Part shown: piece after piece, positions 1 through 8,729 of the stretch
How positions within the stretch are numbered: the first letter of the stretch is position 1
Layout of the letters: every line of letters starts with the position of its first letter
Assembly (NCBI GenBank): GCA_963702425.1
Contig: CAVPCQ010000011.1
Location: forward strand, 32,001 to 96,000
Source: an uncultured Acidobacteriota bacterium
GTDB taxonomy: Bacteria > Acidobacteriota > Polarisedimenticolia > J045
Length of the DNA stretch: 64,000 bases
Direction: 5' to 3'
Translations under genes and position numbers: made by a program
The notes under the pieces: generated by a model
What the model saw: the letters and a program-made list of their open reading frames with translations, nothing else
Told to the model about the DNA's origin: nothing
Databases searched by the model: none

Positions 1-357
1 CCGGGGGTGCCGGGCCTGTCGGACAACATCCAGGTGATCAGCACGCTCGGGCGCTTTCTCGAGCACAGCCGGATCTTCTGGTTCCGCAACGGCGGCGAGG
101 AGGAAGTGCTCCTCGGAAGCGCCGACCTGATGCCGCGCAACCTCGACCGCCGGGTCGAGGTCCTCTTCCCGATCCAGGACGCGCGCTGGGTGCGGTACCT
201 CAAGGACGAGGTCCTCGACGTCTACCTGAAGGACAACCTCAAGGCGCGGCAGATGCGGCCCGACGGCCGCTACGAGCGCGTGCCGGCCGACCGGGGGGAG
301 TCGCCGTTCTCCGCGCAGGCCCACCTGCTTTCGGTCCGGGGCAGCAGCAGGCGCTAG
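1..357 (+). CDS. ppk1: Polyphosphate kinase 1, C-terminal fragment (5'-truncated by window edge)
   Basis: GRFLEHSRIFWF...GSADLMPRNLDRRVE is the conserved PPK1 C-terminal signature. Confidence 0.95.
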   Translation, partial: PGVPGLSDNIQVISTLGRFLEHSRIFWFRNGGEEEVLLGSADLMPRNLDRRVEVLFPIQDARWVRYLKDEVLDVYLKDNLKARQMRPDGRYERVPADRGESPFSAQAHLLSVRGSSRR

Positions 358-430
358 GTTCGACCGTTCGACCGATTCGTTCGACCATCAGCCCGCCGGG
401 CTGGGAAACCGTTCGGTAAGGGTGCATACT

Positions 431-476
431 CTGCCCTCAAAACGATCGTTTGGAATGATCGTTTGAACGAGGGCAG
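431..476. promoter_or_regulatory. Putative TetR operator: palindrome AAACGATCGTTT plus a second half-degenerate copy
   Basis: Perfect palindrome at 440-451; GATCGTTTG repeated at 444-452 and 457-465; enclosed by CTGCCCTC/GAGGGCAG inverted repeat; directly upstream of the tetR start. Confidence 0.65.
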
Positions 477-482
477 TCACCG

Positions 483-1187
483 ATGACCGGAGACCCCCTT
501 CCCGCCCCCACCCCGCCTCCGGCCGAGGCGGGCCCCTCGACCGAGGGGCGCCTGCTCGCCGCGGCCGAGAAGCTCTTCGCCGAGCGCGGGTTCGCCGCCA
601 CCTCGGTCCGCGACATCACCTCCGAGGCCGGGACGAGCGTCGCCGCCGTCAACTACCACTTCGGTAGCAAGGACAGCCTCTACCGCGAGCTGTTCGTCCT
701 GCGGCTGCGTGGGATGCGCGAGCAGCGCCTGCGGGCGATCCGGCAGGTGCTGGAGGCGGCGGACGAGGCGGCGGGCGCGGCGCCGGGCGCGGTCGACCCG
801 GCCCACCTGCTGCGCGCGTTCGCCGGCGCCTTCCTGGAGCCGGTCAGCGACTGGGAGCGCGGCCGGAACCTGGTCCGGCTCCTGACGCGCGAGTTCGTCG
901 ACCGCAACCTGCCGCCCGAGATCTTCTGCGACGAGATGATCCGGCCGGTCGAGGCGGCGTTCGTGGCCGCGCTGCGCCGCGCCGTCCCCGGCCTCGGAGA
1001 GCGCGAGGCGGTGCTCGTCGCGCACTTCTTCGTCGCCCAGTTGATGTACATCGTCGACATGGCCGAGCTGGTCGGCACGCTCGACGGCCGGCACGCGCTC
1101 GGCAGCTCGTTCGAGGCGCTGGTCGACGAGATCGTCCGTTTCTCGACCGCGGGGCTCGCCGCCTACGCGCCCGGAAAGACCGCATGA
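483..1187 (+). CDS. TetR/AcrR family transcriptional regulator (PsrA/CecR-like)
   Basis: N-terminal HTH LFAERGFAATSVRDITSEAGTSVAAVNYHFGSKDSL; first gene of the efflux operon. Confidence 0.93.
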   Translation: MTGDPLPAPTPPPAEAGPSTEGRLLAAAEKLFAERGFAATSVRDITSEAGTSVAAVNYHFGSKDSLYRELFVLRLRGMREQRLRAIRQVLEAADEAAGAAPGAVDPAHLLRAFAGAFLEPVSDWERGRNLVRLLTREFVDRNLPPEIFCDEMIRPVEAAFVAALRRAVPGLGEREAVLVAHFFVAQLMYIVDMAELVGTLDGRHALGSSFEALVDEIVRFSTAGLAAYAPGKTA

Positions 1188-2668
1188 ACGCCAGACACGC
1201 CGCAGGACGCGTCCTGCTCGCCGTCGTCCCCCTGCTCTCGCTGCTGGGTGCCGTCTCGCCGACCGCTGCGGGATCCGGGGCCGGCTCGATCTTCGCTCCC
1301 GCCCCCGCTTTGCCGTCGGGCGCACGCGCCGACGCCGCGCTGCCGGTCGTCACCGGACCGCTGTCGCTGGAGGACGCGCTGAAGCTGGCGCTGCAGTACG
1401 GCGTGCCGCTGCGCCGCGCCCGCGAGGACCAGGAGATCGCCCGCGGCCGGCGGAAGGAGGCCTTGAGCGAGGTCCTGCCGAAGGTCTCCGCCGTCGGGGA
1501 ATACGACCGGCTCGACCGGGAGTTCACCGTCGACTTCGACGGGGAGGGGGGCGAGGCCCCGGTCAACTTCACGTACCTCGACAACTACAGCCTCGGACTG
1601 CTGGTGGAGCAACCGCTGTTCCGCGCCGGCCGCGGCGTGGCAGCGATCCGCGCCTCGCAGTACTACGACATGTTCACCGACGAGACACTGCGCGCGGCGG
1701 TCCAGCAGACGCTGTTCGATGCGACGCAGGCCTACTACTACGCGATGCTGGCCCGCGAGCAGGTCCGGGTGCTCGAGGCCTCGCTGCAGCTGGCCGAGGC
1801 GCAGTTCAAGGACACCGAGACCAAGAAGAAGTACGGCGTGGCCTCCGAGTTCAACGTGCTGCGGGCCGACGTCGAGGTCAGCAACGCCAAGGCGCAATTG
1901 ATCCGCGCCCGGAACGACCTCGACTTCGCCTGGAGCGACCTGTTCCGCGTGCTGGGGGTCTCGCAGAACAGCGCGGTCGAGCTGACCCAGAAGCTGGAGC
2001 GCGACAGCGCGATTCCCGTGTTCGAGGAGTCGCGGGAGACGGCTTTCGAAAACCGCCCGGAGCTCTCCGCCGCAGCGCTCGTCGTGAAACTGCAGGAGCA
2101 GAAGCTCAAGGTGCTGCGCTCCGAGTACTGGCCGACCTTCGACGCCTTCTACTCCTTTCGCTACGCGAAGCCCGACCCGGTCGACACCTTCGTCTACGAC
2201 TGGGGCTCGACCTGGAGCGCCGGGATCCTGATGCGCTGGAACGTCTTCGACGGGTTGCGCCGCGAGGGGATCCTGATCCAGGAGAAGGCCCGCCAGCGGC
2301 AGTACGAGCTGGACTGGCTCGACACCGTCGAGCGCACCAGCCAGGAGGTCCGCAAGTCGACCGACGCGATCGAGAATGCGCTCGAGGCGCTCAGGGCCCA
2401 GGACAAGACGCTGTCGCAGGCCCAGGAGGGGCTGCGGCTGGCCGAGGTCGGCTTCCGCGAGGGGACACTCGACCAGGTCGCGGTGCTCGACGCGCGGACC
2501 GCGCTGACCTCCGCGCAACTGCTCTACTTCCGCTCGCTGTACGATTACTACGTCGCGAAGCTCTACCTCGCGCGGGTCACCGGCACGCTCGGCCCGAAAG
2601 CCGGCGAGCCCGTGACGCTCCCGCCCCCGCCTCCCCCGCCGGTGCCTTCCCGCGAGACCGAGAGGTAG
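1184..2668 (+). CDS. TolC family outer-membrane efflux protein
   Basis: Signal peptide, LSLEDALKLAL start, two OEP repeats, AEVGFREG..DQVAVLDAR end; ATGA overlap with tetR. Confidence 0.92.
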   Translation: MNARHAAGRVLLAVVPLLSLLGAVSPTAAGSGAGSIFAPAPALPSGARADAALPVVTGPLSLEDALKLALQYGVPLRRAREDQEIARGRRKEALSEVLPKVSAVGEYDRLDREFTVDFDGEGGEAPVNFTYLDNYSLGLLVEQPLFRAGRGVAAIRASQYYDMFTDETLRAAVQQTLFDATQAYYYAMLAREQVRVLEASLQLAEAQFKDTETKKKYGVASEFNVLRADVEVSNAKAQLIRARNDLDFAWSDLFRVLGVSQNSAVELTQKLERDSAIPVFEESRETAFENRPELSAAALVVKLQEQKLKVLRSEYWPTFDAFYSFRYAKPDPVDTFVYDWGSTWSAGILMRWNVFDGLRREGILIQEKARQRQYELDWLDTVERTSQEVRKSTDAIENALEALRAQDKTLSQAQEGLRLAEVGFREGTLDQVAVLDARTALTSAQLLYFRSLYDYYVAKLYLARVTGTLGPKAGEPVTLPPPPPPPVPSRETER

Positions 2669-2673
2669 CCGCC

Positions 2674-5600
2674 ATGTGGATCTCCGACACCTCCATCCGG
2701 CGCCCCGTCACGACCCTGACGCTGATGGCGGCGCTGGTCGTCTTCGGCTGGCTGGCCTTCAGCCGGATGGGCGTCGACGCCTTCCCCGAGGTCGAGTTCC
2801 CGATCGTCACGGTCCAGACCGTCCTCGTCGGCGCCAGTCCCGAGGTCATGGACCAGGACGTGACCGACGTGATCGAGGAGCAGATCAAGACGATCGGCGG
2901 GATTCGCCAGCTCACCTCGGCCAGCATGGAGGGGTTCTCGATGGTCACCGTCGAGTTCGAGCTGGACAAGGAGATCGACGTCGCGGCGCAGGAGGTGCGC
3001 GCGAAGGTCGCGCTGGCGCGCCGGTTCCTGCCGGACGACATCGAGGAGCCGATCGTCGAGAAGTTCGACATCGGCGGCTTCCCCTTCATGTGGCTCGGCG
3101 TCTCCGGGAGCGTCCCCTACGGCGAGCTGTCGTTCTACGCCGAGAAGGTGCTGAAGGAGCAGCTGCAGTCGATCAAGGGGGTCGGGAACGTCGAGGTCGG
3201 CGGGCTGCGCAAGCGCGAGATCCGGGTCTGGCTCGATCCGCAGAAGCTCGAGGCGCGCGGCCTGACGGCGCTCGACGTGGCGCGCGCGATCCAGATGAAG
3301 CACGTCGAGCTGCCGGGCGGCCGGATCGAGACGCCGGAGACCGAATTCTCGGTCAAAGTCGAGGGCGAATACGGCTCGGTCGAGGAGCTGCGCCAGCTCG
3401 TCGTCGCCGAGCGCGGCGGGACGATCATCACGCTCGCCGACGTCGGCCGGGTGGACGACGGCTTCGAGGACCTGCGCGCGATCGCCCGCTTCTCCGGCAG
3501 CCCGACCGTCGGCCTGGGGGTCCGGAAGCAGCCCAAGTCGAACCTGGTCGAGGTCGCCGACCGGGTCAAGGCGCGGCTCGAGGAGATCAAGCTGCACCTG
3601 CCACCCGGGATCTCGATCGCGATCGCCTACGACGGGTCCGTCCTCGATCAAGGAGTCGATCAAGGGGGTCCAGACCGACATCCTGATGGGCATCCTGCTG
3701 ACCGCCGTGATCATGTACCTCTTCCTGCGCACGGTGCGGACGACGGTCGTCGCCGTGGTCGCGATCCCGATCTCGCTGATGGGCGGCTTCATCGTGATGA
3801 AGGCGCTCGGCTTCACCTCCAACAACATGACGATGCTGGCGATGTCGCTCGCCGTCGGGATGGTGATCGACGACGCGATCGTCGTGATCGAGAACATCTA
3901 CCGCCACATCGAGATGGGCGAATCGCCGCTGGAGGCGGCGCGGACCGGCACCTCGGAGGTCGGCCTGGCGGTGCTGGCCGCCACGACTTCGATCGCCGCG
4001 GTCTTCATCCCGGTCGCCTTCATGGAGGGGATCGTCGGGCGGTTCTTCTACCAGTTCGGGCTGACCGTCGCACTGACGATCCTGATCTCGGCTGTCGTCG
4101 CGCTGACCCTGACCCCGTTCCTGTCGTCGCGGCTGATGCACCACGAGACCAGTCACGGGCGGCTCTACAACCTGCTCGAGCGCGGCTTCCAGGGACTGGA
4201 GCGGGTCTACCGCCGGGCGCTCGAGTGGGCGGTCCGCCACCGCGTCGCGGTCCTGGGGCTCGCGGTCGCCGCGTTCGCGGCCGGGCTCGTCCTCGTCCCG
4301 TTCATCGGCTCGGAATTCATCACCGAGGCCGACGAGGGGTTCTTCATGGTCAACTTCGAATTGCCGACGGGAACCTCCTTGGAGCGGACCAACGTCAGGA
4401 TGCGGGAACTGGAGGAGCGCCTGTTCGCCAACCCGGAGATCGAGAGCGCCTTCGCGGCACTCGGCCTGCAGATGGGGGCCGGCGCCGAGCCGAACAAGGG
4501 GCTGTTCTTCGTCAACCTGGTCCCGAAGGCAAAACGCGAGGCCTCGCAGCGCGCGGTCATGGAGCGCGTCCGCGGCCAGCTCGACTTCGACCCGGCCATG
4601 CTGGTCACGCTCGAGACCTTCAACCCGTTCGGGGCGGCCGGCCGCAACACCGACGTCAGCTACGTCATCCAGGGGCCCAGCACGCGGGAGCTGGGCGAGC
4701 TGGCCGACCGGATCACCGCCGAGATGAAGACGAGCGGCCGGTTCAAGGACGTCGACACCGACCTGCGGATCACCAAGCCCGACGTGAAGGTGCGGATCAA
4801 CCGCGGCCTCGCGAACGACCTGGGCGTCGACGTCCGTTCGATCTCGGGCGAGATCTACGCGCTGTTCGGCGGCAACAAGGTTGCCAAGTTCAAGGACGGC
4901 GGCTACCGCTACGACATCCGGATCCGCGCGCTGCCCGAGTACCGCGGCAGGCCCGAGGACCTCGACGGGATCGCGGTCCGCGCGGACAGCGGCCGGCTGA
5001 TCAAGTCGCCCAACCTGATCGAGTACGAGGTCGGAACCGGTCCCAACTCGATCAACCGCTTCGACCGGCGCCGCGCGGTCACGCTGTTCGCCAACGGCAA
5101 GGGGATCGGCGCGGGCGCCGCGTTGACCGAGGTGGAGCAGCTCGTGGCGCGGCTGATGCCGGACGACGGCCGTTACGGGATCGCACTGACCGGCAACGCG
5201 CAGACCCAGCGCGAGTCGTTCCAGTCGCTGCTGACCGCGCTGATCCTCTCGATCCTGGTGATCTACATGATCCTGGCGATCCAGTTCGAGTCGTTCGTCC
5301 ACCCGTTCACGATCATGCTCTCCCTGCCGCTGACGATGATCGGCGTGTTCGGCGCGCTCTTCCTGACCGGCACGACGCTCAACATCTTCTCCTTCATCGG
5401 CATCATCATGCTGATGGGGATCGTCACCAAGAACGCGATCCTGCTGGTCGACTTCGCCAACCAGCAGCGCGAGAAGGGCGCGGACAAGGTGAGCGCGATG
5501 CTGCAGGCCGGTCCGGTCCGGCTGCGGCCGATCCTGATGACCGCCGCGTCGACGATGATCGGCGTCGTGCCGGTCGCGTTGGCCCTCTCCCAGGGCGGCG

Positions 5601-5800
5601 AGACGCGGGCACCGCTGGCGATCGCGGTGATCGGCGGGACCGCGACCTCGACCCTCCTGACGCTCCTGATCATCCCGGTCGTCTACCTGGCGCTCGACGA
5701 CGCCACGGCCCGGGTCAAGCACTTCTTCGGCGCCCGTTCGCGGGCGAAGGAACCGGCGGCGGCGGCGGCGCGCGTCCCCGGTGAGGCGGGCCACGCATGA
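2674..5800 (+). CDS. RND efflux permease (AcrB/AcrD/AcrF family), apparent frameshift near 3646
   Basis: MWISDTSIRRPV start; GMVIDDAIVVIENI, GIVTKNAILLVD and RLRPILMT motifs; joins ORFs 2674+ and 3686+. Confidence 0.93.
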
Positions 5801-6942
5801 ACGCGAGAACGTCGATCGTCAGGTTGATCGTCCTCGGTGCGGCCCTGGCCGCCGCCGGCTGCGGTCGGAAGGCGGACGCGGACAGGACCGCGTCGGCCGC
5901 TCCCCCGCCGGCCGCGGCGCAGACCGCGGCGGCTATCCCGGCTGGCACCGCCGAGGCGCTGGCGGCCTCCGAGGTCGAACTGGTCGTCGCGACCCGCCGC
6001 GACTTCCGTCCGACGCTCGAGGCCACGGGCACGCTGCGGGCCGCGCGCGAGGCCGAGATGCGGGCCCTCTCCGAGGGGCAGCTCGACGCGGTCCCGGTCG
6101 ACGTCGGCAGCCGCGTGCGGGCCGGGCAGGCCATGTTCCAGGTCCGCCCGACCGAGTACCGGCTCGACCTGCAGCAGGCCGAGGCGGCGGTAGTGTCGGC
6201 GCAGGTGGCGCTGAAGGAGGCCCGGCGCGAGCGCGAGCGGATGGAGGGGCTGGCGCGCGAGGGCTCGGCGACCGGCCAGATGCTCGACCAGGCCGTCGCC
6301 GCCGCCGAGCGGGCCGAGGCGATGCTGGGCGAGGCCCAGGCCCGACGCGACGCGGCGAAGCAGCGGCTCGCCGACACGACCGGCCCGGCTCCCTACGACG
6401 GCGTGATCACCGCCCGCATGCTGCAGCGCGGCGAGTTCGTTGCGCGCGGCGAGCCCGTGGTGAAGATCGCCGACCTCTCCACGCTGCACGGCGAGTTCGA
6501 GGTCCCCGAGCGGCTGGCCGGGACGCTGGCTCCCGGGATGAAGGCCGACCTCGTCGTGCGCACCACGGGAGAGCCGCTGGAAGGCGCGATCATCGCGGTC
6601 AACCCGTCGATCGACTCGACCAACCGCACTTTCATGGTCAAGGTCGCGATCCCCAACCCGGGCCTCCGGCTGCAGGCCGGCCTGTTCGCGATCGCGCGCT
6701 TCGAGCTGCCGCCGCGGCTCGGCTCGATCGCGATCCCGGCCACGGCGGTGATCCGCGACGAGGGGCGCTCGTTCGTCTGGATCGTCGACGGCGGCCACGC
6801 GAAGACCCTCCCGATCCGGGAGGGACTCGCGGACGGCGAGTGGGTCGAGGTCGTCGAGGGGATCGCGCCGGGCCAGGCGGTCGTGACGACCGGCGCCGGC
6901 GGTCTCGTCGCCGGGGCGCAGGTGGCGGTCAAGGGGAGCTGA
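5797..6942 (+). CDS. RND efflux membrane fusion (periplasmic adaptor) lipoprotein
   Basis: Lipobox AAAGC, VDVGSRVRAGQ lipoyl half, helical hairpin, APYDGVI, NPSIDSTNRTF; ATGA overlap. Confidence 0.92.
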   Translation: MNARTSIVRLIVLGAALAAAGCGRKADADRTASAAPPPAAAQTAAAIPAGTAEALAASEVELVVATRRDFRPTLEATGTLRAAREAEMRALSEGQLDAVPVDVGSRVRAGQAMFQVRPTEYRLDLQQAEAAVVSAQVALKEARRERERMEGLAREGSATGQMLDQAVAAAERAEAMLGEAQARRDAAKQRLADTTGPAPYDGVITARMLQRGEFVARGEPVVKIADLSTLHGEFEVPERLAGTLAPGMKADLVVRTTGEPLEGAIIAVNPSIDSTNRTFMVKVAIPNPGLRLQAGLFAIARFELPPRLGSIAIPATAVIRDEGRSFVWIVDGGHAKTLPIREGLADGEWVEVVEGIAPGQAVVTTGAGGLVAGAQVAVKGS

Positions 6943-7018
6943 GAATGGCGACGCCGGGTGCGGAACCGGATCCGCACCCGGCGTCGTCGCTTCAAGAGCC
7001 GGCCCGGGCCCGCCGGCG

Positions 7019-8050
7019 CTACTCGCAGCGCTTCGCGAGGTCCTGCGGCAGCGGGCAGACGGCGTTCCCCGCGTACCTCGGGCGTTCCGTGCCCGCGCTC
7101 GACTTGCCGTACGGGCCCTCGTTGGTCGCGTTGCGGCCGGCCACGAGGAAGAAGAACGACGCCGGGCTCGCCGGGTAGTTCCAGGTGTAGGCGCCGGTGT
7201 TGCCGATCGCGCACTGCTGGCCGGAGTAGCCATAGGTCGAGACCGCGCTCAGCGGGCCGTAGTAGATCGTGTTGTTGGTCGACGTGCAGGCCGGGCCGTA
7301 GCTGATCGCCATCAGCCGGGTCACCGGGTTGTGCGTGGTGACCAGCAGCTGGGGCAGTCCGCCGCGCGAGACCTCGCCCGGTGTCGCCGCGGCCGCGGCG
7401 CACTGCGAGTCCAGCATGTCGAACGTCCCGTCGCCGTCGTTGTCGAGGCCGAGGGTCGAGGCGGCGTAGTTCTCGACGAAGGTGGGCGAGGGGTTGCACG
7501 GATTGTTCGGAATCGTGTGGCCCGTCCCCGGATTCGCATAGTACGGGGGCAGGATGTTCTCGCCGACGGGCGTCTTGGCCGCCGGGTTGGAGTCGGCGTG
7601 GCAGCTCACGCAGCCGGTCTCCCCGGCCCGCCAGTGCAGCTGGCGCAGCCCGGCGCTGAATCCTTGCGTGCCGGTCCCCGTCCCGTCCTGCGAGCGGCCG
7701 TGGCAGCCGGAGCAGGAATACGCCGAAAGACCGTTGCCGCCGGCAGAGCGCCCGAGATAGGTCGGGAAGCGGCCCGCCGAGACGTGGCAGGTGTTGCAGT
7801 CGCTGCCGAGCATGTTGTTGCGGTGGACGTCGTGCATGTCGTTGCCCCAGCTCTGGCCGTCGACCTTCGAGGTGTAGGGGCTGGCCCGGAAGTCGCCGTG
7901 GCAGGTCGCGCAGTTGCCCGTGCTTCCGTTGGTCGAGTACTGGTCGTAGGCGAGGGCGAGGCTGGCGACGGCGACGACGGCCGCGAGCGCGGCCACCGGC
8001 GCGAGGCGGCGTGCGCGCCCCGCGGCTTGCTGATACGGCGTGACCTTCAT
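7019..8050 (-). CDS. Secreted tetraheme c-type cytochrome with Ca-binding motif and C-terminal beta domain
   Basis: Signal peptide; four CxxCH motifs (CATCH, CNTCH, CSGCH, CVSCH); DNDGDGTFDMLDSQC motif; GGAG RBS before ATG at 8050. Confidence 0.85.
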   Translation of the reverse strand: MKVTPYQQAAGRARRLAPVAALAAVVAVASLALAYDQYSTNGSTGNCATCHGDFRASPYTSKVDGQSWGNDMHDVHRNNMLGSDCNTCHVSAGRFPTYLGRSAGGNGLSAYSCSGCHGRSQDGTGTGTQGFSAGLRQLHWRAGETGCVSCHADSNPAAKTPVGENILPPYYANPGTGHTIPNNPCNPSPTFVENYAASTLGLDNDGDGTFDMLDSQCAAAAATPGEVSRGGLPQLLVTTHNPVTRLMAISYGPACTSTNNTIYYGPLSAVSTYGYSGQQCAIGNTGAYTWNYPASPASFFFLVAGRNATNEGPYGKSSAGTERPRYAGNAVCPLPQDLAKRCE

Positions 8051-8194
8051 GGAGGGCTCCCCACCGAGCAGCGCCACGTCTTCCAGATGCGGGATGATCG
8101 TCTCGGCGCTGAAGTGCGTCCGCCTCGGGCCGGCGGGAAGCGTGAGAGAAACTAGAATGATTGTTTGTTCGTCCGGCGCCGAGTCAAGTCGGTC

Positions 8195-8210
8195 TGTGAC
8201 TTCCTTCACA
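8195..8210. promoter_or_regulatory. CRP/FNR-family-type binding site TGTGA-N6-TCACA
   Basis: TGTGACTTCCTTCACA matches the consensus exactly; lies just upstream of a minus-strand TTGACT (8187-8182) facing the cytochrome gene. Confidence 0.6.
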
Positions 8211-8396
8211 CCCCTCGCCCGCGCAACGACTGCGCAGGGGGCTTACGTGGATCTCCATGTCTATTAGTCGACTCTTGCTTGAACCTGGTCGAATCGCATT
8301 CAGGGGACGGAAACACGTCTTCGGGGTGCCGATTCGCCCGGAACCTGCGACGATACGGTGTGCGCGTTCCATCGACGCGCCCCGAGGAGCCACCTG

Positions 8397-8582
8397 GTGG
8401 CGAACAAGCGACCGTCATTCCTGAAGCGCCAGAAAGAACAGGCCCGCCTCACCCGGGCGTCCGAAAAGCGCGCGACCCGGGCCGCCCGCAAGCAGGCCAA
8501 GCGGACCGGCGAGCCCGAGCCGACCGAGGTCGAGGTCGAGGCGGACGCGCCCGCCCCCCAGGAAGAGGAAACCCGCGTCTAG
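8397..8582 (+). CDS. Small hypothetical protein (61 aa), basic N-half and acidic tail
   Basis: GAGGAG RBS at 8384-8389, GTG start; ANKRPSFLKRQKEQAR...EEETRV. Confidence 0.65.
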   Translation: MANKRPSFLKRQKEQARLTRASEKRATRAARKQAKRTGEPEPTEVEVEADAPAPQEEETRV

Positions 8583-8637
8583 GCCGCTCGGCCGAGGACC
8601 GGTTCGTCCCCCGTCCCGCCCCGTCAGGGAGCGGCCC

Positions 8638-8729
8638 CGCGCGGGGCGATGAAGAGCACGACCGCATCGCGCCCGGCGTTCGCCGCGCGATGCCGGGTGC
8701 CGGGGTCGATCACGAACCCCTCCCCTTCG
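8638..8729. repeat. 92-bp direct repeat, copy 1 (3' part of the cupin gene, native stop at 8624)
   Basis: Identical to 13430-13521; continues on the minus strand as IAPRGAAP-stop. Confidence 0.95.

Noticed and set aside
3630-3690. Programmed frameshift in the RND gene
   Set aside because: No slippery sequence or stimulatory structure seen; similar indels occur throughout the window
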